Shown here piece by piece: positions 40,339-52,350 of a DNA stretch of 64,000 bases. A program made the position numbers and the translations under genes. The notes beneath the pieces were generated by a model, which worked only from the letters and a program-made list of their open reading frames with translations, had not been told where the DNA came from and did not search any database. Every line of letters begins with the position of its first letter. Position 1 is the stretch's first letter. This DNA comes from Chiloscyllium plagiosum (taxonomy: Eukaryota), in the NCBI RefSeq assembly GCF_004010195.1, contig NC_057718.1, positions 52,118,238 through 52,182,237 of the forward strand. Direction: 5' to 3'.

Positions 40339-40378
40339 GCACTGATGATGTCGCCTAGCCAGGGGACGAAACGTTTGC
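40339..40378 (+). ncRNA. Minimal hammerhead ribozyme-like motif (right arm)
   Basis: GCA-CTGATGA-T-GTCgCCT-agcc-AGGgGAC-GAAA-CG-TT-TGC: intact core, stem II, palindromic ACGT stem III and a 3-bp stem I. Confidence 0.65.
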
Positions 40379-41489
40379 AACAAAAACTTCCAGCTCGGCG
40401 AACAGAACCACAGCATCAAATAATATTTTTGGAGAGATCTTTCATAACTACATTTTAAAGTGCTAACAGATTGCAGACATGCACAACAGACTTTGATGAT
40501 ATACAGTTATGTTTAAAGAGAAAGTCGCAGGAGACAGTTCAGAATGGGTGTGATTGATGCTCAATCAAAGATTGCATGCAAAGTGGAAATCTATCACTAA
40601 TATTTTATGAGTGAGCCATTGTACACTATCAATTTTTGTTAAGTTTGGTCAGTTTGGTTGAGATGAACAATGATTAAATGGATTACGAATATTCTTTCCT
40701 AAAATAAAACACTTCACAAAAATGTTCTTCGGGATTTAAGATTATTATTCTTGTGTGGCTGCTTCTTCAGTGACAATAGTTCTGGTTCTAAAAATAGATA
40801 ACAGACTGTATATCCTTGGAGTAGAACTACCAACCATGAATATGATGGAATACACTACAAATGCCTGGAGGGTGCATCTGCAACAACGCTCAAGAAACTT
40901 GACAATCTGACAAAGAATTCTTCTTAAGCAGCATGCTATCCAATGGATTAAACCTCTTGTTTAATACACTAATATGTAAAGTAATAGTTCTGGAGGAGTT
41001 AAGTTTGATGCTGCATTAAGGTCAACCAAATTGGTGGATGTCACAGTCTTTGGATGAAGACAAAGGTAATCTGCATGTCTTCCTGTGTTCCACAGCACTC
41101 CTGTTATTCTAAAGTAATTATGCCGACCATGTTGAAAACAACAAATGCTGGTGATCACAGCAAGTCAGGCAGTATCCATGGATAGAGAGCAAGCTAATGT
41201 TTCGAGTCTAGCATGTCAATGTACACTGTACTTATCGCTATTGTTAAATAAACTAGTTTGTTATATAAGACACTGGACTCCTCTGTTACGATTCACCAGA
41301 GATGTATCTTATATCACTGATAAGTTGATTGCCCCCTAGATCGAGAAGAAAGCAAGAAACTACTCAATCAGTGGACAATGTAGTGATCAATTATGGGAGA
41401 AAGAATTGAGTTGTTCCTGAAAAAAGAAGCCAAAATACTTTCATGAAAAGTGAATTTACCACATTAAAAGTATTATCCCCATCAGAAGA

Positions 41490-42175
41490 TAGAAATGGTC
41501 AGTTAGGGAACATGGAAATAGAAGGTATAGTAAGAGGGATTGACACAGTCTTCTGCAGCAAAGAGTGCATGTGCATACAGTTGTGTTGCCTACCCAGTGC
41601 CAGGTTTTGGGCTATCATTTAAGAGCTGCAGATGGATCTGCAGTGGGAGAGGAAGGATCCAGCTGCTCTGGTCCAGATAAGAACTAAGAACATGGACAAG
41701 ACAGGGAAAGAGATGCTGCATTGAGAACATGAGGAGCTGGGAATCAAAATGAGAAGGAGGATCTCAAAGGTTATAATCTCTGCATTATTATCTGAACCAC
41801 ACACATATTTGCAGAAGGAAAATTAGATTAGAAGATGAATGTATTGCTCCAAGACTGCTGTGGGAGAAGTGGATTTTGGTCTGTGAGGCAAAAGTCTCAG
41901 TACTACGGATGTGAGATCTCCATCGATATGGCAGTCTCCACGTGAATCACACTGGGGCCAGTGTTCTTGAAAGACAATCAGGGAAGTGGAGAGGATTTTA
42001 TTCCAAATAGTGGGGTCAAAAGAACAAATTTGTGAAAAAATGTGACAAACCAAACCAGAGCTGACGTCAAAGAGAAATGGTAGCAATATGGGAAATGATA
42101 GACAGACCGTGATATGAAAAGACTGAGAGTAAGCCAACAGATAGGACTAGAATGTATAAAAATGAGTTGCAAGAC
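41490..42175 (+). mobile_element. Old CR1 ORF1 SGNH esterase remnant
   Basis: atagtaagagggattgacacagtcttctgcagc (IVRGIDTVFCS), tgttgcctacccagtgccagg (CCLPSAR), LQWERKDPAALVQI. Confidence 0.7.
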
Positions 42176-43017
42176 TCTGGCCAGAATTCTATTGGGGCTT
42201 GATTGTTATTGACCATGATGTGATTTGAGGCAGAATTTGACAAAGAAATCCAGCAAGGCTGATCTTGCCGTCAGAACAACACGCTCCGTTCACCGGGAGG
42301 CGAGGTGAGCTTCTCACTGGGCAGTGGAAAGTTGCCAATTATTGCTTGTTAAATGCCTTACTAACACCACGATTCACCTCATTCAAATTCAGCTTCATAT
42401 CTTCCCAAACAAGCTGGGTGTTCAGAATTCTCCCCACGTTAGTCAGAGCGGGTACCTGGCATCCGCAGCTTGGCATTGGCTGCTACCGGTCTCCATGTCG
42501 ATCACCATCTCCAGGTACAATCAATGGCTACCGGCTGCATACACCCCTTGTTCATGGCCATGGGTATCCTACAGTTGCCAATCCCTCATGACAATTATGG
42601 AAGCTCTCCTTATGCAGGCCACTCAGAAACCACAGACTTACAACCAACAAACAGCATGGAAAGGCTCCTTCTAGGATACTTTGCATAAGTAACAGGCACC
42701 CAGCTGCATGCCGACTCTCTGAGTCCTGTTTACTTTGTTCCTACCTGTATGCCTCGCCTTGCCATGCCATACCATGCCTGATAACCACAGGCTAACTGCT
42801 ATCCATATTGACATATTGATGTGCTCTTTTGCACAGTCAAACAGACTGGCTGCTTGTCATGTTCATCACTGAGGTCTGTTTCTGGGGTGTGATGTGGGGA
42901 GGTGGTGGAGGGAGATGCATGTTGTCATTGTGAATGCCACACCAAGATGTTAATCGAACATCAAAAACACATGCCCACTGTCTGCATGGCAAGCACACTG
43001 TACATTTATTCAAGCAA

Positions 43018-44395
43018 ATTAGTGAAGGAAAAGGATAGACCAGATATAAAAGTTGAAGTTCTAAATTTGAAAAAAGGCAATTTTGACGGTATTAGGCAAG
43101 AACTTTTGAAAGCTGATTGGAGGCAGATGTTCGCAGGTAAAGGGACGACTGGAAAATGGGAAGCCTTCAGAAATGAGATAACAAGAATCCAGAGAAAATA
43201 TATTCCTGTCAGGGTGAAAGGGAAGGCTGGTAGATATGGGAATGCTGGATGACCAAAGAAATTGAGGGTTTGGTTAAGAAAAAGAAGGAAGCATATGTCA
43301 GGTATAGACAGNNNNNNNNNNNNNNNNNNNNNNNNNNNNNNNNNNNNNNNNNNNNNNNNNNNNNNNNNNNNNNNNNNNNNNNNNNNNNNNNNNNNNNNNN
43401 NNNNNNNNNNNNNNNNNNNNNNNNNNNNNNNNNNNNNNNNNNNNNNNNNNNNNNNNNNNNNNNNNNNNNNNNNNNNNNNNNNNNNNNNNNNNNNNNNNNN
43501 NNNNNNNNNNNNNNNNNNNNNNNNNNNNNNNNNNNNNNNNNNNNNNNNNNNNNNNNNNNNNNNNNNNNNNNNNNNNNNNNNNNNNNNNNNNNNNNNNNNN
43601 NNNNNNNNNNNNNNNNNNNNNNNNNNNNNNNNNNNNNNNNNNNNNNNNNNNNNNNNNNNNNNNNNNNNNNNNNNNNNNNNNNNNNNNNNNNNNNNNNNNN
43701 NNNNNNNNNNNNNNNNNNNNNNNNNNNNNNNNNNNNNNNNNNNNNNNNNNNNNNNNNNNNNNNNNNNNNNNNNNNNNNNNNNNNNNNNNNNNNNNNNNNN
43801 NNNNNNNNNNNNNNNNNNNNNNNNNNNNNNNNNNNNNNNNNNNNNNNNNNNNNNNNNNNTTCTGGTCTCCTTCCTATCGGAAAGATGTTGTGAAACTTGA
43901 AAGGGTTCAGAAAAGATTTACAAGGATGTTGCCAGGGTTGGAGGATCTGAGCTACAGGGAGAAGCTGAACAGGCTGGGGCTGTTTTCCCTGGAGCGCCGG
44001 AGACTGAGGGGTGACCTTATAGAGGTTTACAAAATTATGAGGGGCATGGATAGGATAAATAGACAAAGTCTTTTCCCTGGGGTTGGGGAGTCCAGAACTA
44101 GACGGCATAGGTTAGGGTGAGAGGGGAAAGATATAAAAGAGACCTAGGGGGCAACTTTTTCACGCAGAGCGTAGTATGTGCATGGAATTAGCTGCCAGAG
44201 GATGTGGTGGATTCTGGTATCATTGCAATGTTTAAGAGGCATTTGGATGTGTGTATAAATAGGAAGGGTTTGGAGGGATATGGACCGGGTGCTGGCAGGT
44301 GGGACTAGATTGTGTTGTGATATCTGGTCGGCATGGACAGGTTGGACTGAAGGGTCTGTTTCCATGCTGTACATCTCCATGACTCTATGACTCTA
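43018..44395 (+). mobile_element. Young 5'-truncated CR1/HER1-type LINE spanning the assembly gap
   Basis: KDRPDIKVEVLNLKKGNFDGIRQEL before the gap, KLERVQKRFTRMLPG after it, and the gactctatgactcta tail. Confidence 0.93.
43312..43859. other. Assembly gap (548 N)
   Basis: Run of n characters. Confidence 1.
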
Positions 44396-44786
44396 ATTGG
44401 TAACATCTGAAAGTGTGTGCGGGCCAATTCTCAGTCCAATCAAGCCCATGATCTGTCAGGGAATCATGATATTTTCAGTCACAGGCAGAGTCTGTACACA
44501 GCCAAGAGACTTGGCCATGGTCAATCATCTGCTTGGGCCGTTCACAGTCAGGAGGTCTGTCTGACTACAGTGCAGAGAATGCAGTAGTCAGTCCTTGTGG
44601 GTCAACACCAGCAATATGGGTAACTTCATCCTCAGTCAGGGAGCTGCATACACAACAGTCTGCTCAGTCAAGTCTATGAATGCTCATCAAATACAATTGA
44701 TGGTCTGGGACGAACACAGACCTGGTGGTCGGTGCTTTGAACATTGAGGATAATGTAAACAGGGATTTGTAGGAGCAACAGAGAGA

Positions 44787-45095
44787 TCACGGTGGCTCAG
44801 TGGTTAGCAAAGCTGTCTCAGAGCACCAGGAACCCAAGTTCGATTCCAGCCTCTGCTGACTATCTGTGTCTGCATGGGTTTCCTCTGGGTGCTCCAGTTT
44901 CCTCCCATAGTTCAAAGATATGCAGGTTAGGGGAATTGGCCATGCTAAATTGCCCATAGTGTTCAGGGGTGTGTAGGTTTGGAGCATCATTCAGGATAAA
45001 TGTAGAGGAATAGATCTGGGTAGGTTACTCTTTGGAGGGTCAGCGTGGACTTGTTGGGCTAAAGGGCCTGATTCCACACTGTGGGATTCTATGAT
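44787..45095 (+). mobile_element. V-SINE (HE1-like)
   Basis: cacggtggctcagtggttagc A box, gttcgattcc B box, ggccatgctaaattgccc, and the tail ttccacactgtgggattctatgat. Confidence 0.9.
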
Positions 45096-45734
45096 GCAGA
45101 CTGTCATTTTATAATCTGTCACGTCAGATTGATAATGGTTTACAATGAATGCAATAAAAAGTTGAATGATTGATGTATATCTGGGATGAAACAGGAGTCA
45201 GAGCATAGTAGGCACTCCCGTTTGATTATAATGTTGCTCTACCAGTGTGTGGCTTTACAAAGTTAGTGCACATGCTGAAGTTGCATGAATGATGGAGACT
45301 TTGCCCTCGTTATTGGGTGTTGTATGCCTCACTGTGTGGAAGACTGCAGGCAGCTTTCACCTGTGTGGCATGCCAACATTGACTCACCTGACACCTAAGC
45401 ACCCTTGTCACTCCTAATGCTTCAAACAAGATCATTTTCCACCAAGAATCCTTCACCTTGCCCTGATGGGATATCCATTGGTCACTGTAGCTGCCTTCCT
45501 AAGGCGAAAGTGGGTAAAGCAGAACTTGGGAACAAAATATAGGTCAAGTACAGCAGCGTGCCATATAGGATAAGGAGCAGCCATCTTAGGGAGAGGTCAC
45601 AGTGCAGGGTCCCTCAGTTGTGGATGGGTTCCACAGGCGGACACCATTAATTGCCCCCGACTCTAAATCTTGGGGATGACTGAGGAATTATGCTGGACAG
45701 TGGAGCAGGGCCTGAGAGCTGCAGCACTGGGAGA

Positions 45735-46100
45735 CCACCCTGCCCCAGTTGCTGTGAAATGGCGCACTCCAGGCAGTGCCAAGTAACCTGTGTGGATTCT
45801 CTGAGTCTTGCACCCACAGATGCATCAGGATGGTGACCAATGCAATTTCTGAAAGATCAGACTGGTTCATTTGTTTTGTTGCTGAGGAGGTCAACGCTGC
45901 AGTGCAGGCAATAGGAGTCGGGGACATAGCTGGGTTCTCCCCAGTTGAAAGGTACAATCACTGCAGACGCATGACAAAGTTCCACTGCTTTTATGTTCAG
46001 GTGATCTGCGATCTGGGGGTGGCTCTCCAGTACAGTCCCATTACCCTAACATGCTATGCTCTGCACAATTGAAGCAGGCAGTGAGGTAATGTGATGCATG
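45735..46100 (+). pseudogene. PIF/Harbinger (HARBI1-like) DDE transposase remnant with large internal deletions
   Basis: PVAVK, LCGFSESCTHRCIRMVTNAI, IAGFSPV, FHCFYVQVICD and LQYSP..CYALHN match the Harbinger transposase motif order. Confidence 0.8.
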
Positions 46101-46959
46101 CTGAGGAACCAGGAGAACAGGAGCAGTCTTGTTCTGAGGAAACAACAAGGACACTGGGAACAGAAAACTCTCCTTGTGCATGACAGAGCTCAGCTATGTG
46201 AGACACTACATGCTAGACCAGACCTGATTGACATGTTTCCAGTTGATAAGAGCTGAGTGCAACAGACAATGGAATGTAGAATGGCTTTTGATCAAGATAC
46301 CTATACCAGCATTTGGTTTGCATTTTTAGGATGAGCCTCTATTTGTTTTGTTTGTGATTTATTTTTATTAGTCACAAATCAAAACTTATTTTTGGACTTT
46401 TCTCATTGTTTGCCTGTCCAAGACATTCTCCGACTGAACAATGACCAGCTGAGGTGGGCACTGGAGACAGAGTGGCACAGCCAGAAAGAATGCAGCTCTC
46501 CTGGTGAATGTCCACTGAGTGGCACATTGTTCTGGGAACAGTGCATGGTACAATGGAGCTAGAATCAGACAAGGGGGACACCATCAGGAATAGGTAGATA
46601 GTTAATGAAGTGAGCTTGGCAAAACATGGCAAGAAATATTGCGAGGTCTCAAAACACAGAACCCTAAAAAAAAAACTTGACACAACTCTCATCTAGACAA
46701 TAAAATGTAAACTTCTGCCCTCTCTATCTGAATGAACATAGCATTTAAAAATGAACAGCCGAATAGAGAACACAAATAAAACTAAATATGAGCTGATAGG
46801 CATTGTAGAGAAATGGCTACGGGTTTATATAGATTGAAGTCTGAATTCTGATAGGCACAGGACAGATTAAAAGGATAGGAAATTAGAAAATAGTAGAATA
46901 GAAGTTCTGTTATTTATGGATGACATGAACATAATAGAGAATGAAGATCTCAAATTTTT

Positions 46960-48695
46960 GAAACTCATTCATGGGATTCCTGCATCATGGGCTGGCTAGC
47001 ATTTATTGCACTTCCTCAGTTGCCCTTGAGAAGGTGGTGGTGAGTTACCATCTTGAACCACTACAATCCACTTGCCACAGGAACTTTTTGATTCAGTACC
47101 AGTGAAGTAATGGCAATATATTTCCAAGTGAGGATGGTGAGTGGCTTGGAGTTGAACTTGCAGATGGTGATGTTGCAATGTATCAGCTGCCTTTGCCCTT
47201 CTAGATGGAAGTGGTCATGAGTTTGGAAGGTGTTGCCTTAGGATCTTTGGTGAATTTCTACAGTCCATTTTGTAGATCGTACCCACTGCTGCTACTGAGC
47301 ATTGGTGGTGGAAGGAATGGATGCTTGTAGATGTGGTGCCAAACAAGTGGACTGGTTGGTCCTGGCTGGTGTCAAGTTTCTTGACTGCTGTTGGGACTGC
47401 ATTCATCCACACAAGTGGGGAGTATTGCATCACACTCCTGACTTGTGCCTCATAGATGGTGGACAGGGGTCAGGGAGTCAGGAGGTAAGTTACTCGCCAC
47501 AATATTCTGAGCTTCTGACCTGCTCTTGTCACCACTATGTTTGTGCAGTGAGTATCTTGTCAATGGTAACCCAAAGGATGTTTATAGTGAGGGATTCAGT
47601 GATGGTAACGCTATTGAATCAAGAAGTGCTGGTTAGATTCTTTCTTATTAGTAATGGTCATAGCCTTGCATTTCTATGGTGCGAATGTTACTTACTACTT
47701 GTCAGTCCAAGCCTGGAAACTGTCCAGATCTTGTTGCATTTGAACATGGACTGCTTCAGTATCTGAGGAGTTGTGAATATTGCTGAACATTGTGCAATCA
47801 TCGGTGGACATCCACATTTCTGACTTTGTGATGAAGGGAGGGTCATTGATGAAGATGGTTGGGCCAAGGATACTATCCTGAGGAATTCCTGCAGTGATAG
47901 ATCTCGGCACTTCTGGTTGAAGATTGCTGCAAATGCATCTGCCCTTATCTTTTGCACTGATTTGCTGTACTCTTCCATCTTTGAGAATGGGATGTTTATG
48001 GAGCCTCCTCCAGTGATTTGGAGAATTTTCTACCACCATTCATGACTGGTTGTGGCAGGACTGCAGAGCTTAGATCTGACCTGTTGGTTGTAGGACTACT
48101 TAGCTCTATCACCTGCTGCTTTTGCTATTTGGCACACAAATTGTCCTGCTTGGTAGCTTCACTAGGTTGACATCTCATTTTCAAATTTGCCTGATACTGC
48201 TTCTGGCATGGCCTTCTGCACTCTCTATTGAACCAGAGTTGATCCCCTCGCTTGATGATAATGGTTGAGTAGGGATATGTCAGGCTATGAGGTTGCAAAT
48301 TGTGCTGGAGTACAATTTTGTTGCTGTTGATGGCCCCTGGGTTTCTAGATCTGTTCGATGTCTGTTCCATTTAGCATGATGATAGTGTATTCTCAATTTG
48401 AAGGCGGGACTTTGTCTCTACAAGGACAGTGAGGTGATCAGTCTTCCCGATACTGTCATTGATAAATGCATCTGCAGCCAACAGATTGGTAAGGATGAGG
48501 TCAAGTATGTTTTTCCCTCATGTTGGTTCCTTCACCACCTGCCACAGACCCAGTCTAGAAGCTATGACCAGGTTGATCAGTGCTGCTGCCGAGTCACTCT
48601 TGGTGTAGGCACTGAAATCCTGCACCCAGAGGACATTTTGGCCACCTTTGGTGCTTCCTCCAAAAATTGTTCAACATGGAGAAGTACTGATTCAG
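46960..48695 (-). mobile_element. Second-family LINE, endonuclease to 3' end, with deletions
   Basis: Minus ORFs contain SITAGIPQDSILGPTIFINDPP..MSTDDCTMF, MQQDLDSFQAWTDK and WFNRECRR. The family tail is at ~46970-47060. Confidence 0.85.
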
Positions 48696-49459
48696 ATTCG
48701 AAGGGCCAATTTTTTTAAAAGGTATTGTTGAAAATTCGACAGTCGGGGAACAGATGTAGTAATCCTTGAAGTAGGACTTACCCACCATTTTAAAGGGTTC
48801 CTGAGTTATCTCAGCTTGGCAAAAATCCAGGTCTCCATATCTCCACAAACTAGCACATATATTTTTTTTCAGTTACAGACGTTAAAGTTATCTGATAATA
48901 ATGTAATCATAATTGTGTCAATTTACCACCCAAGCAGAAAAAACCTGCAATTTTCAACAAGAGTAAATTGAATTTAACACTGCCAATGACCTAAAATTCC
49001 CAATTAGAAGTCGGTCTTATTATTGAAACCCATTGTGTTCAAGTACTTTACGAATGATAATATACCAAAATGAGACAAATGAGTCACTGGCAGTGAAGCA
49101 TGGGGTCGGTACAGAACAGTGTGCATGCTGAGCCCAGCAGGAAATATTTATTCTTGTAAAACAGATTTAGAAATATCATCAAGTATTAATGAATAGAATG
49201 GTTCTCCAATAAATGCTTCTGTTAAAATTTAGAAAAGTCAAGAAAAGCTGTGTGTTTTCTTTCATTTAACTTTAATTTATTCACAATATGTGGACAGCAT
49301 GGGAAAGGCCAACATTTCTTACTGTCCCTTATTGGCCTTATAAAGCTGGCAATGATGGCTATCTTGAATCTTTGTAGGTGTAGATTTACACCCAATACTC
49401 TCAGTGATGGAGTTCCAGGATATGAACCAAGGAACAGTAAATAAACAGTAATATAGTTC

Positions 49460-49652
49460 ACTAATGTCCTTCAGGGAAGGAATCCGCCATCCTCACCTGG
49501 TCTAGCCTACATGTGACTCCAGATGTATAGCAATGTTGATGACTGTCAAATGCCCTCTGAAATGACCCAGCAAGCCACTCAGTTCAAGGGCAACTCAGGA
49601 TGGGAAACTGGGCCAGCCAGTGATGCCCACACCCCACAACTGAATAAGAAAA
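49460..49652 (+). mobile_element. Short non-autonomous element joining the 5' domain and 3' tail of the second LINE family, inserted in a minus-strand copy of that tail (49290-49740)
   Basis: ctacatgtgactccag..gcaagccactcagtt (as at 32080-32155) is directly followed by caagggcaact..ggccagccagtgatgcccaca (family tail). Confidence 0.6.
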
Positions 49653-51719
49653 TCAACTTCAGGATGGTGCCTGATTTGGAAAAGAACTAACAGGTACACC
49701 CATGCATCTTCAAAGTGATGGAGATATAAGTTTGGAAGTTGCTATTAAAGGAAACTGGTGCTAAAAACTTGTTATATTTTCACTACAAACAATACGACAG
49801 CAAATGAGCTTTAATGATGGAAGCAAAAGAGTTTCTGCTACACAGTTCCAACATAACAAAATGTAGGAAAAACACAACACATTGTTCCTAACACTTTCCC
49901 AAACAATTCTAGTGGAGCTCCAACTATTTTGCTTTAGTGGTCTTCTCTCCTGAATGGATTATATAAACGTGACAATCGTCACATTCAACCCGATATCAAA
50001 TCCAAGAAATTATTTTTAGCTTCAGTGCTTAAAATATTGTATTTCTGTCTTATTACAATAAACAACATTTTCTTACAGAAGGACAAACACAAATTTGCAT
50101 GAAAGCATCTTAGTTCAAAGCCTTGGCAATTGTTGAATAATGTCAAAGACTGAAGTGATGGTGTATTGATCCATGTGGGAACTGCATTAGCATTATCATT
50201 ATGTGATTATAGGTAAAAAATATAAAAAGGCTCAACAGTACCTAACAATCTCCTGGGCATACAAAGTAGATACACATATTAGATTAGATTATTGTCACGT
50301 ACGGAAATATAGTGAAAACTATTGTTTTCTGTGTTAATTGCAGAGTCGCCACTGGTTTCCCTCAGAGTGTCTACATTACAATAAACACTAAGTTACATCA
50401 GATGACTTTTAACCAGTGAAAATTAACAAATTTAAATAATGCAATTGAATGCATATTTATTTTTAAATCTCAGTCTTGCACCCAAAACAGTAGCTAATAC
50501 TATTACTTTGGTGCTGCAACACCTTTATACCTTACCACTGCCAATATTATAGCTTTAGGTGTTGTCATTCTACATATCTACAGTCTGAAGAAAACCATAA
50601 CAACTTTGCTTCAAATCTGTCACTGCAGCAACTGAAGAGTGCCATCAACACTCACAAAGAAAGGACAAAAGAACAATCGAGATCTTCTACCCTCATGATG
50701 ATGAAACCAACGTTGCTAGCTTATATCCTTTGTTGAGTTTCATGTTTCATGCCAGGAATTGTTGCATGTTTTGCATAAATTGTGTAATTGTTACTTCTTA
50801 TGAAGGTTATATTTACCGGTTTCAGATATTACCCCCTCCTCTCCATGTTGTACTGCATATTTTGAATGCGCCCGAAGGTGTTAGTAATATATTGGTGTAT
50901 TGAAAGGGTTCTCAAAACATTTGGCATCTGCTTATCTGAAATTAACAAGGTTTTAACTGATTGCTTTCATTTGCAGTGATTCCTGATAACTATATAATAA
51001 ATCTACCAGATGATTCGGACAGCAATTTTCCTCTGGCAGTTACCATATAGGACGCTATGTCTTGGCTACAATAAGGTATATTGGATGCTTGCCTTTGACA
51101 AAATAGGAAACTTAATTTATATTTTTAATATTCCCTTTGGTCCTTCCTGAAATGAAAACAAAAGAAGACCAAAGGGAGTGAAGTTATCTTATTCAATGGT
51201 ATGAATTTGGGTTCATATTATGCATGAAAATCACATCGTGTCTGTGCAGTTTATGGTCCCAGAGAATAATTATCTTGTAGGTCCTCTATTCCACAGTGGA
51301 TAGTTGTCTAGTCTTGAAGGAGTTTACTGTTGTTCAGGGTTCATCAAGCACTTTGGAAAGTGTAATATGCCTTATGCATTTGTTCACTCACGTGAAACAA
51401 CATAACATTCAAAGTAAGAAATCCAAATTTTATCCTTAGAGGATACATATAGGAAAATAGGAACATAGAAAAAGAAGGAGCAGGAATAAATTGTTGTGAT
51501 ATCACCTGAAGAAGTGAGCGGGTAAATGAACAAGTAGTCAAATCAGCAGCCAATGTCAATCAAGATTAGATCATGATAGTGTCAGGGTGCATTGTTACGT
51601 ATTTTCTGTAACAGCAAAGACAGAACTTCTTTAACAATTCTGATGAGCAAACCTGTATCTTCAAATGAACAGAATTAATGCCATTTATCTATCATGAGTG
51701 ATATTGATAACTTTCTCAC

Positions 51720-52350
51720 AGGAAAGCACAAAAAGACCATTTGGTCCCTCAAGCCTGCTCTGCTATTCTAAGCGATGGCTCATCATCTACTTCAATGCCA
51801 TTTTCCAGGGCTAACCATTGAGGTCTTTAATGGCTAGAAAGCTTTGCCTTGAACATGCACAATGACCGCATGTTACAGTCCCCATAGTTGAGAATCCCAA
51901 TGATTCATTACCCTCCGAGTAATGAATTTCCTCCTTACCTCAGTCAAATGTGGCTTGCACCTTATTCTGAAACTGTGTCACCTTATTCGAGATCTCCGCA
52001 ACAATTCTGCATCCATCCTGTCTCATATTTTACAAATTTCAATGGGAGTTTCACTTCTGTTTCTTCTAAACTGTAGAACCATCAGACCCAGACTCCTCAA
52101 TCTTTTCTCATAGCATAGTCACACTATCCCAGAAATTAGTCTTTTTTTTAACTTCTGTAACACTAGCTCCCCAGCAAATATATCTTTACTTAGGTAAGGC
52201 GACAAAATTGCATTTAATATGTGAGGTCCAGTCTCACCAAAGTTCAAACACATTATGCAAGGCACTTTAATCTGGTACTCAAATTGCCTCATGATAAAGG
52301 ACAAAATACCATTTGTCTTCTTAACTGCTTACTTTACCTGCATGCCGGCA
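51720..52350 (-). mobile_element. Old CR1 3' fragment
   Basis: ORF 52119-52304 remnant (RPH-like, SPYLSKDI) and a ccatttggtccctcaagcctgctctgctattc tail. Confidence 0.6.

Larger units (their letters stand above)
39575..40412. mobile_element. Penelope-like retroelement remnant with inverted ~165-bp termini and a 12-bp TSD
   Basis: Minus ORF PKGLATLPYIRSISELTARLLRPLG..HKPTATLRQQL. Plus strand 40125-40240 SKTNVVYKIPCKDCTKHYIGQTGRQLTIRIHEH (GIY-YIG). TSD gcatcaaataat at 39563-39574 and 40413-40424. Confidence 0.9.
42178..46300. mobile_element. Possible decayed PIF/Harbinger DNA transposon region containing nested CR1 and SINE insertions; extent uncertain
   Basis: Starts with ggccagaattct (TIR-like) where the CR1 remnant breaks. 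A GYP/LMT/YN-like remnant lies near 42560-42645 and a clearer transposase at 45735-46100. The right TIR was not found. Confidence 0.4.

Noticed and set aside
43209..44108. Long ORFs of 212-299 aa
   Set aside because: Artefacts of translating through the N gap.
50584..50736. Plus-strand 50-codon open segment after tctacag, ending in a hydrophobic tail (possible terminal exon)
   Set aside because: The length is attainable by chance, no homology is recognised and no upstream exons were found.
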